A stretch of DNA of 64,000 nt from Octopus sinensis (taxonomy: Eukaryota): assembly GCF_006345805.1 (NCBI RefSeq), contig NC_042997.1:155930001-155994000 (forward strand), in the 5' to 3' direction. The notes under the pieces are model-generated. The model made no database searches and was not told the origin of the DNA. It was given only the letters and a program-made list of their open reading frames with translations. Made by a program: the position numbers and the translations under genes. This document shows positions 12,686 to 23,771 of the stretch, piece after piece (position 1 is the first letter of the stretch; each line of letters begins with the position of its first letter).

Positions 12686-14119
12686 CTATAAAACTTGACT
12701 GAATATCAAAATAAAGGCAAGATAGCTTGATTGCCAATTGTTAACAGAAAAAGGTATTTGTTAGGGGATGAAGAATTCTAGATAATAACATGCTCCAGTT
12801 TGATAGTAAAAGATAATTCTTGATTGAGAATAAAAAATAATACTGTACTGCAAGTAGAGCAAACCAAACCAACATATGAAAATTAAAAGTAAAAAATGAT
12901 TAAAACAAGAGATTAATAAAATGTTTCCCTTCTATTATTCCTTCACAGCTGAGAAATCAAACAGACTTTACATACTATATTAAAAATTAATCTAAAACTA
13001 TATATGAAAGTAATTTCTATATTCTTTTTCCATACCAGCACACACTCAGCTAACAAGTAATTAAAAGAAAAGTTAGTCATAGGAAGGTGTATGAACTTTG
13101 CAGGCATCTATTGCCATGAGTGGTGATATTGATACAGTTCAAGTTCAACTCAAACATCTGTAGTTTGATTTTTACATGAAATATAAGCAGGGGTAGAATT
13201 TAGGAGAGTTGTAATGCAGGGGAAGGGAGGGGAAAAGACAGTTAAGGGTGACAGATGCATTGCGTCAGGTGGGCTCACGTGGAGAAAGTATGCAGCTAAT
13301 TAGTTCAGGCTAGAGAAGCAGTGCAATAGAAATAGAAGAGTGTACTTAATAAATTACAAGTTGTTAATTAACTTATATCAAATGGTTTTGAAATAATAAT
13401 AAATGATGTAGAATTGATTAATAGTAAAGATAAATTTATTAGCTGGGTTGAATTTTCATTTTAAAACCTTCCTAAAATTAAAATCAAAGCAACAAAATTA
13501 TTATTATCCTTATTCTTTTTATTAAAGTTTAAAGAATGTTCTTTTTTACAGCAACATGCACAGCTGACATTAAATGAAGGTCTTCAATAACTTCCATGCT
13601 AATTCTAACTTATAGTTAGGATTTTAATGGAACGGAGACAAAATTTATGTTTCCTCCTTTGATGTTATCAGAAAAAAAAAAAAAATTCAGTGAAACAAAA
13701 TAAAATGCCGATAAAAGAATCTGTTAGAAATGAGCATTTATTTAAATTATCTTTTAAAAGATTGCCTTGCATAATTCTTTAAGAAAATCTCTGATGGAGG
13801 GGAAAAAGTAGAAAATGTGATTTAGAATACCATTTAGTTCTGAAGGCAACTAATTTTTTTGTTCCAAATTATAATAGATAATATACTGGCTATTGTAATA
13901 TTCCCAGGAAAGTTTGTGATTATAAAACTTATGAGGTAAACGGGGTTGTGAGTACATGTGAAGTGACAGCAGAATACTTATAAAATGTTCATCTATTTTG
14001 TTGTTGACCTTTTAAAATATACATGGCGAGAGGAGCAAATATTAGAGCCCACAAAATTTGAGTGACTCATCAGTTTTTTGTTTGACTTGATCCAAGAGCA
14101 ATTTTTTTTTTCCATTTAT

Positions 14120-14510
14120 CTAATTCTTTTTATTCTTTTACTTGATTCAGTAATTTGACTGTGGCCATGATGGATCACCCTGTTAAAGGGAGCTAGTCAA
14201 AGAAATTGACCCCAGGACTTATTCTCTGTAAGCCTAGTACTTATTCTATTGGTCTCTTTTGCTGGACCATTAAGTTATGGGCACCTAAACACACCAGCAT
14301 TGGTTGTCAAGTGATGGTGAGGGGACAAACACACACACACATATATATATACACAACAGGCTTCTTCCAGTTTCTGTCTACCAAATCCACTCACAAGGCC
14401 TTGGTTGGCCCGAGGCTATAGTGAAAGACATTTGCCCAAGGTACCATGCAGTGAGACTGAACCCAGAACCATGTGGTTGGGAAGCAAGCTTCTTACCCCA
14501 CAGTCACACC
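14120..14510 (-). mobile_element. tRNA-derived SINE (family A), near full length
   Basis: Runs from tattcttttacttgattcag to gggaagcaagcttcttaccccacagtca. Confidence 0.85.
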
Positions 14511-14527
14511 TGCTCCTATATATACAT

Positions 14528-14566
<39 letters not shown>

Positions 14567-14699
14567 CATACATACACAAAAGATTAGTAATACACAAGGG
14601 TAAAAATCAGCTGCTATATCTCTTATCTTTCTGAATGAAGAATACTGTATAAAAGCAGTATATATTATCAAGAAATCAAATTTCATGCAATTAGTCTTG

Positions 14700-15035
14700 G
14701 ATATCTTTTCTTTTCTTTTACTTGTTTCAGCCATAGAACTGTGGCCATTCTAGGGAACCATCTTGAAGGGTTTTAGCCAAATTCAGTATGTATGTTTTAA
14801 GTTTGGTTCTTATTCTATCAGTCTCCCTTGCTGAAACACTAAGTTTTAGGGGATGTAAACAAACCAGCACCAGTTGTCATGTGGTGGTGGTGGAACAGAC
14901 ACACACACATATACATACAGTCTACCAAATTCACTCACAAGACATTGGTCAGCTCAGTGCTGTGGTATAAGAAACTTGTCCAAGACGCCATGTGATAGGA
15001 TTGAACCTGAAGCAATGTGGTCACAAAGCAAGCTA
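14700..15035 (-). mobile_element. SINE family A, decayed
   Basis: Same tail (tctttacttgtttcagcc) and body as 14120-14510. Confidence 0.75.
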
Positions 15036-17119
15036 GTCTGGAAATAGTACATAGACATTCAATGTAAGACAAATTTTGTGGGCAGAAAGCTTTTGTATGA
15101 TTTAGGACTTATGTTAGCCCTAATTGAGCAGGCACTCCAGCTGTGACCATTCCATCTTTTTTTGATATTAGGGTATTTAGGATTCTATTATGCTATGTAA
15201 AAGTCCTTTTTAACTCTAGGAAGTAATTTGAGGTAGATTTACCTTTTACTTCCATTAGGTCAAGTGACTATATAGGTCACCTTGTTGGATTGTGTTTCCA
15301 TACATACTGTTGACCATGTGTTTATATTTGCAGTAGCAACCATCAGGGTGTAATGAGTCATGTTTAACAATGTAAAACATCTTGAAACATGATAAATTGA
15401 TTGATTGTTTGAATACCCCATTTCTCAGTGCAAATTATAGCAAAAGGGGTGGGAGAGTCTTTACCTGGTTACATACAAACCTAAAGGTTTTATACATAAA
15501 TACATACATGTGTATGTGTGTGCATGTGTAGATGTATAATACAAAGAAAATACTTGAAATACTTTCCTAACAGAACGATTTACAATTCTTTCTGTATCTT
15601 TGGGTCATAAAATTTATCTAAAAAAATATTTACATCACTGTTTAAGAGACAGCAAGAGGAAAAGAGGAGAGACAAAGCAAAAGTGAGCGTGTGGTTGTGT
15701 GTGTGTGGGCATGCAAGATATCATTTGTCAATTTTTCATGGATAAACCTTTGGTAAAGCAATAACTATTTAAACACATCAGAATGACCCTCAAATCCAGA
15801 CCCCTGAATATGGCCCACTTTAGTATCCTGTGGTACTATAGTACTGCCCAAATAAAAGGCACATTTTCATCTAGTTTACTGCCTAGTTGTTATGAAAAGT
15901 TTGATGGCTAAGTGATGATTCTTTTGAAGACAAGCGTCTATGGGACTTATATGGGTAATATGAAACAGAATAAATAAAGTAGGTTTTAAGTTTGTTTGGC
16001 TAAGATATGAGAGAGAATGGATTTAGAATGGGCTGTTTGTTTTTTTACAAGTTTGTAGTTTAGCCCCCGGTCAGATGAAACTGAGCAGACCTATGACTAA
16101 AGGCATTCCAGCCATGAAGAGTCTGTCCTCCTCTCAAGTATTGCATATATAGGATTACATCATGTTATGTATTCTACCTTTTGTAACATAGGGAGTATTT
16201 TGAGGGAGACTTGATTGCTATTTCTATTCCAGCACTGGCCTAACAGTTATTGCATCAAGATGCTAGCAAACACATCTAGTTGTCGGGTCATACATCAGAT
16301 GGAATAAACAGCAGTTATTGAAGATCAGATGTTTCAACAGCTAAATAATGTCCATTGTAGCACTAACGACTGTGAATAAATATAAATGGCAGTATTTTAA
16401 TACCTGTTTCAAGAAGAAAAAAATTTAATCCTATGACCAATCACGCAGTGATCGTTGCAATTACTCCATCATATAACAGTCATCATCATAATCACATTCA
16501 CCACAGTCACCTTCTGCACCACCAATGTTAACCACCACCACCGTCGCCACCAACACCACCACCACAAATATGTTTCACTTTTTAATAATTACAAACTGAA
16601 GGTGTGATTTGAAATTTTCAGTTAATAAAAAAGGAAAAGAAAGATGCGAATGAATATCAAAACATTTTCAAAAGTAACAACTCATGCACATAGATTAAAA
16701 GTTTATAGCATGAATATATTTAATTCTAATTATATACAACTGAAATCCATTAATCTATGGAAAGAAAAAATAAAACTAGCAGGAAAGGAAGTAAGAAATC
16801 TTAAAGCAAGAGAAGTGATGATGATGGGAGTGTTCCAACAGCAGAGAAACCTGAATCCTTGAACATAAAAACCTAAGACCTAACATGTTTACGCATATGC
16901 ACACAAATGCACATGCCACACATAATCACAAGATTACAGTATGTGTTATGAATGAATATTTAAAGTCACATCTATAGATAATGATGATGACAACAGCAAT
17001 GCATTTAATAAAAATACATTTAATGTCATAAAAGTTGGTCTGAAGGTTAAATCTTAGGACTTTAGTAGATTGGAACAGAGATTGAACCTTCATTAAAGAC
17101 TTGTCATAGATTGCTTTAC

Positions 17120-17155
17120 CTCTGTCTTTCAAACTCCAGAAACAACAGAGAACTA
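17120..17155 (-). CDS. Candidate 36-nt exon (SSLLFLEFERQ)
   Basis: Long pyrimidine tract tttacttttgtttttttctgttttttacttctaag (with NAGNAG alternative), donor AG|gtaaag. Confidence 0.3.
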
Positions 17156-17357
17156 CTTAGAAGTAAAAAACAGAAAAAAACAAAAGTAAATCAGGCATGA
17201 CAAAATTTACATAACGATACAAGATTGCTGTCCAGACATTAATAACTAGAATATCAATAAAGCATCATAAACTCTTTCACAAGACAAATATCAACATTAT
17301 TTTTACACCCACTATCCATGCTGACATGGGTTAGCATATGAACACTAGAAGACTTGG

Positions 17358-17394
<37 letters not shown>

Positions 17395-17559
17395 GAATAG
17401 AAGCAAACAATTTCACTTCAGAGAAACATACTACAAATTACAGAGAGAAAAGTAGAGAAGAAAAATAGATATATCGATAGAATGAGAGAGAAAGAAAACA
17501 GAGAGAGTGATGCAGTTTCATACTTTTATTAATGTTTAATACAACAAATGACCATAACC

Positions 17560-17810
17560 TTTTAATTTTTTTTACTTGTTTCAGCCACTGGTCTGTGGCC
17601 ATGCAGGGGCACTACCTTGAAGGATTTAGTCAAACAAATTGACTTATTTTTTAAAGTCTGGTACTTGTCCTATTGGTCTCTTTTACCAAATCATGAAGTA
17701 ACAGGTACATAAACAAACAAATACCAGTTGTGTGTGTGTGTGAGACAAACACACACACATACATATATGTGGCAGGCTTCCACACAGTTTCCATCTACCA
17801 AATTCACTCC
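17560..17810 (-). mobile_element. SINE family A, 5'-truncated
   Basis: Runs from ttacttgtttcagccactgg to cagtttccatctaccaaattcac. Confidence 0.75.
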
Positions 17811-19714
17811 AACTTCATTTGTAAGGTAAAACTTGTAATGAAAAGAGTGAAATAAGACAATGATTTTTGTACCTCCTCTGAATATTTGATATTTAAACAT
17901 TTCAACAACAAATGCACAGTATTTACTGCTCAAACCCTGATGAGAAGTGGGGGAGTGGGAGACAAGAAAATGGTAAAATATTTGCTACACTGTTACCACC
18001 TAATTTTCCTAGTGGCAGAATGTAACAGAAACACCCGAGGAGGGTTTTTCTGCTGCACCCTACCAACCTGTATAATGTCACAGTAAGAGAAAGGACAGTA
18101 ATTTGTCAGAATTGTTGAAGTGTTGGACAAAATGCCTTACTGTATTTTACTGCAGACTATTATATTCAGAATTTAAATCCCACCATTCTGTCTGTTATCC
18201 TTCAAGGGTTGATAAATACTGGGGTCAATTTAATCTGCTACACTCTCCTCCAAAAGACGGTAGCCTTGTATCAATGCTAGAAATCAATATTATATTACAT
18301 TAAGCAATTTTGATAGCAATATCAATCAAACCTTTATAAAAAGTTTACGCCACATGTATGTATGTTATATACACACTCATGTGTATGTGTGTGTATAAAT
18401 GATATCAAATGAAAATGTGGCTACTATAGCTCAGTAAAACAATAGAATAGAAAACAGATTATCATCTAGTAACAAATCTTAGTAGCAGTGGTAGTGGAGA
18501 TGATGGTGGCTATAGGTACGGCATTGTAATGCATTATAGGAGTTGTGGTAATGATGGTAACATGAATGTAGAATAGCAGACAAGAGTTCTAACTGGTGGC
18601 AGTAGTATTTTTAAAATAGCTGTGGTAATGGACAACGGTCGCGGCAGCAGAACATTTCAGCATCACTTTAGTAGCAACGGTATTTGTAGTTGAGGCAACA
18701 GTAATAGCAGTGGTGGTATAAGTAGCAGCAGATGTATAGCCTCGATCAGTCGCAAGCTTGATTAATACAAACAACTTATTGATTTCAAAACAACTTCCTC
18801 CCACCTGGCATTCTTGAAGAAAAATTTAAATTACATTCTCCCCTGCTTTAAAAATAAATAAAACAGAAATATTAATCACTTTTGATTTGATTTCAGTTTA
18901 AAAATCCACAGGAATTCAAAAGAAATCAAATTACTGAAGCTAAAACCTTCCTTAGAGGCTGGAACCCATACTGTGCCTGATGTGTATCAACAAAATGGGA
19001 TTAGATTTGAACAAGACTACCTCTAAGTGGCCACTCAGATTAGCAGAAATAGCAGCTAAATCTGTATCATAAAAACAAGACACATAGGCTAATGCTGTCC
19101 TATGTATGCTTATTTGAATAATAAAACAATGGTCATGGTTGGAACATCTTTGATCATAGGTTTGCTTTATTGAAGCTGAACTGGACAGAAGAATGATAAA
19201 AAAGTTGACAATTTAAATTGAAAATCACAAGCAGTCTCAGTGAAAGGAATCTGTAGAAGGGGAAGAATTGGTGAAGGTTCAGATCTCAGAATGCTGGACT
19301 TTATGAAGGAGGTGACAAGGGTGTGCAATAAGTAGCAAGATACTGTGCTGGAGAGAACCAACCTAACTAATGTAAGCATGGGGGGTGGGGGAAGTGATAA
19401 AGTGAGGATTGCTCAGCAAAAACCCTAGCAAATACAAAGCATACTGTCACAACAGCTGTCAAATAATGGATACTGTCAGTGAGTGAAGTTGTGCAAGACC
19501 CTTTGCTATGTTTATTTTTATTAAGGTTTATTATACAAAACAAACCTTTGAAAAATGCTTCATTTTAAAAACTTCATGGAATAATACTAGTACAAAGGGA
19601 GATAGTGTTAAGAGAAATGATATATTTCACACAAGACAGATATATGAGCCAATAACTTGGTATGTGATATAATGAGGAGGCAATCCAGTGAAACAGAAAA
19701 TTTTAAAATTAATC

Positions 19715-20105
19715 ATTGAGGGTGTGTGTGTGTGTGGTTCTGTGATACAAAGTTTACTTCCAAACCACATGATTCTACTGCATGGCATCTTGGGTAAGTG
19801 TCTTCTACCACAGCCTTGGACCAACCAGAGCCTCATGAGTAGATTTGGTAGATGGAAACTGAAAAGATGCCCTTGTCTTGACATTGTGTGATAATTTAGT
19901 GTCACTGTCATGCAACCAGTGTCCTTCATTTCCAATCTTCTGTGAAAACATATCTGTCCAGGAGGAAATATTACTGCACTTGAAAATAGGAGGGTTGGCA
20001 ACAGGAGGTGCATACAGCCATAGAGAAATTCAGATCAACAAATCCTAAGCAATCTATGCAACCATGGAAAAGTGAATGTTAAAACGATGATGATGATGAT
20101 GATAT
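19715..20105 (+). mobile_element. Composite SINE with (GAT)n tail
   Basis: SINE-A head region followed by gggttggcaacaggaggtgcatacagcc...aaaacgatgatgatgatgat. Confidence 0.7.
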
Positions 20106-21361
20106 AGGCTCTTGAAATTCGAATAAGTGTACGAATCATTCGAGCAAGTTGCTTTTCTTAAGGGCAACTAATGAACTATAAGCTGGACACAATCTTAGTT
20201 TCAGTTTACCTGGCTAGAGTATATAGAATAATCAGCCTTGCAGTAGGAATAATGCTATGTCAACAACAAAGGAAAACTATATCATACATTATTATTTTAA
20301 GATTAACAACAGATGCCTGCATACAGTTTCTCAAATGAAATTAATACAATGCATCAATTATGCATTTTAACCTCAAGCCAGCCTTAATCCAGCAAACTTC
20401 TAATTAAAGATGTTCCAGTTATGACCAACCAGTCTTTTATTTTTTTTTGTTCTAGACTATCTAGGACTAACTAATCTTATAACTCCTTTTATAAAACAAG
20501 GTGTGATTTAACTGCCATTTCTTGTGCATTAGTTAAAAGGTTTGAAGTATGTAACATTTGGGAAACCTTTAAGAATGGTAAATTTCTCAAAATATTTTCA
20601 GATAAACTTATGTAAGAATAAATAATGAAATCAAATGTTTCCAAGGTTATTAGTTTTGTATCATTACTCTACTCTAAATAAAGTAATTTTATTCATTAAA
20701 TCCAGACGATTATTATTGATCATCACTGCTGTCAGTAGACTGTAGTGAAATGATAACAATCTCCAAATTTCAGCAAAATTTATTTCTATAGGAATAATTA
20801 ACTAATAGTCTTCAGCTGGGGTGGTATAGTTTCCATAATACCTTATTCTACATTTGGATCAATTGAGGAGGAATAGCTAAAACAACTCCTGTGGTTATGG
20901 TAAAGTGACAAATGCCATTATTAAGTAACAAATTCAAAGCAAACAATATTAGCTGGTCAAATAAAAAGAACACTTGTAATAGTTGCCAGACAATCTCACA
21001 AGATGAGTATTGTTTGGCTAAATGGGAAGATCAAATTAGTGTCAATCAAAATTTGCAGCTAAAACAGATATTCAGAAATAGCTAATTGCTTTGACTTCTA
21101 AACTATTCAAAATTCTCACTATGAATAATAAATAAATAATACAATACAATAATAATAATAATAATTTTTTTAGGCAGACATACTCAATAACTTACCCTAG
21201 TAGATATGTTATGCCCTTCAAAGGCAAAATTTACTTCACCAAGATTACAATTTAGATTATAAATATGTCTCTGTGCAGCAAGAAGCTTGGTTCCCAACAA
21301 CATGGTTCCAGGTTCAGTCCCATTGTATGACAACCTGGGCAAGCGTCTTCAACCAGAACCT

Positions 21362-21696
21362 TGGGCCAACAAGATGATTCGATGACAACAACAAGAACAG
21401 CTTCACAAAGGTCTCAAAGAGATCATGAAAATCCCACCTCCTCACCCTCATCTAATAGTACAAAGCTAAATCTCTAAAAAAAAAAGTTTATTGCAAAGTC
21501 TAGCATTCGCCATGATAGATCGCTAGCCACTACATATTCTTTATTTTCTCTCCTTGTTTCTTTCTGTGGAAGAGCATAGGCTCGAAATGTTAAAGACTTT
21601 TTCACTTCCTGAGCGTTAAACTAATACATCTGTTTGTTGTCTACACCACTTACCTTTGTCTTTTGTTTTTTTTTTTGTGAATTCTCTCCCTATATA
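21362..21696 (+). mobile_element. Penelope-like element 3' end / pseudo-LTR with hammerhead-like motif
   Basis: A short ORF tail (QQDDSMTTTRTASQRSQRDHENPTSSPSSNSTKLNL*) is followed by a pyrimidine-rich repeat homologous to 37095-37510 (gagc..gctcgaaa.gtt, ttcctgagcgt..taatac) ending in (TA)n. Confidence 0.55.
21559..21596 (+). ncRNA. Degenerate minimal type I hammerhead ribozyme motif
   Basis: Stem I TCTTT/AAAGA, core CTGTGGA (+A), stem II GAGC-ATAG-GCTC, then GAAA-TG-TT. A6 is substituted. Confidence 0.5.
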
Positions 21697-21858
21697 AACA
21701 TATATATGGTTCTGCAATTTAGAAGTTTGCTTAGTAACCATGTGGCTTTGGGTTTAGTTCCACTGCATGCCACATTGGACAAATATCTTCTATAGCCTCA
21801 GGCTGACCAGTGGCTTGTGAGAGAATGTGGTAAACAGAAATTGCATGGAAGTTCATAA

Positions 21859-21916
<58 letters not shown>

Positions 21917-23074
21917 TCATCATCATAATCATTTAAAATCTATCTTCCATGCTGGCATGATTTGGATGATTTGCTGGAAGGTAGTAAGCCAGAGGACTGC
22001 ACCAAGCTCCACTGTCTACTTTGGCTATGGCTGGATGTCCTTCCATGTATGTGTGTTCCACACACACTACTTGATAATCGTGGCAGTTTATTTATGTCTC
22101 CATAACTTAGCAGTTCAGCAAAAGAGACCAAATAAGTGTTAGACTTGAAAAGAAAAAAATTATGGAGTTGATTTCTTTGAATAAGCTCTTCAAGGCAATG
22201 TCTCAGCATGGTTACAGTTCAATGGCTGAAAGAAGGACACACACATATATGCACGTACGCATGCACGCACACACACACGTGCGCGACAAACACCATCCAT
22301 CAAAGCTTAATTTTTTTGTCAACAACAAATTACTGTTGAACATAAAAAACATCTCTCTTATATCATATAAAAGTCTGAGTCAAGTCTTTCAGCTGTCCTT
22401 GGTTATATTACATTTATAGACATGACACTATATCACAAAGTGTCTACCACAACCAGAGGCCACTAAATTGATGAACCACCACATTTTATCAAAACCTTAT
22501 CCATCATTTTGTTGTATTAATTATACAAAGTGTCAAACATAATAACAGCGATTAGTCCACAGACAACCAAGACTGCAGTCTCGTCTCAATCTATAGATGT
22601 AAACATTTTAATTCACTTACTCTAAGTTATGGAAGTTAACATTTCCCTTTTTCCCTAGCCTTAAAAGAAAAAAAAAAGTTTTTCAGTTCATGCTTGCATC
22701 TGTTTAACTTTGGAGAATATGAAGTTTTTAAACTGTACAGTGAAATTTCAAACCGAATCCTACATTTCAATGAGAAATTGATAAGTTGAGGGATGTGCTA
22801 TGCCAGGTTTAAAATGCCCAAGACACCTTATGCTATGATTATATGCTTCCGAGTGATGTGCTCCACCAGGTTTAAAATGCCCAAGACATGCCTAATGGTA
22901 TGATTGGATGCAACCACATACAGATACAGAGTTTTGGAGTCTAAATGGGAGTTGTCTGAATGAATGAATGAATATACACCAAAATCAGGGTGAACTCTTG
23001 TCTTCAAATAGGTATAAGTTTGGGTATATAAAGAAGGAAAAGTACCCAAAGCATCTAAGTAGATTATTTATACA

Positions 23075-23400
23075 AAAGAAGGCATGGCTGGGCAGTTAAG
23101 TTTGCTCTGAAACCACGATTTCAGATTCAGTCCCACTGTACAGCACCTTGGACAAGTGTCTAGTCCACTGTGTGTGTGTGTGTGTGTGTGCACGCATGTA
23201 TCTTCGTGTTTCTCAACCCACAGCTTGACATAAGGTGTAGGTTTGTTTGAATCCTTGTAACATGGCAGTTTGGTAGAAGAGATTGATGAAATAAATACCA
23301 GACTTAAAAATAGAAATAAGTACTGGGGCCAATTTGTTCAACTAAACTCATGTCCCAGCATGGCCACAGATCAATGACTTAAACAAGTCAAAGATAAAAG
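23075..23400 (+). mobile_element. SINE family A
   Basis: Head ggcatggctgggcagttaag..gattcagtccc and tail gacttaaacaagtcaaagataaaag. Confidence 0.75.
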
Positions 23401-23520
23401 ATCCAAAACCAATAATTCACTTAGACTGAATCATCAGCCTAGAATACACACACACACAGAGTAGTACCTTGGTTTTCAAACAACTCTGATCACGAATAAA
23501 TCGTGCTTTATATATATATA

Positions 23521-23771
23521 AAACAATTGCAGCATGGAAGGTGTTTATAAGCCATTTAAGAAACTTGATGCAGCATGAAGTTTTGTCAGTGAACAGGTCG
23601 CGGTCTCAAAGCAACGAAAATATTTTAACAAATTAAATTTAAATGTTGAAGTGAATCTAACGGCTTTTGTGTGTTTCTTAAATGGCTTATAAACACCTTC
23701 CACACTGCAATTGTTTTCGTTCCAGCACACGATCTCAGATCAAGTTACTTGCTATGCAAGTACATCTCTGT
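23521..23771 (+). mobile_element. Inverted-repeat element inserted in (TA)n, carrying a hammerhead-like motif (probably Penelope-derived)
   Basis: 44-bp inverted repeat 23521-23564 / 23673-23716 (42/44 complementary), flanked by (TA)n on both sides. Confidence 0.65.
23582..23632 (+). ncRNA. Type I hammerhead ribozyme-like motif with G3-C8 covariant core
   Basis: Stem I TTTGTCA/TAACAAA (6/7 paired), core GTGAACA (+G), stem II GTCGC/GCAAC (4/5), GAAA, palindromic stem III AATATT, H17=U. Confidence 0.55.
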
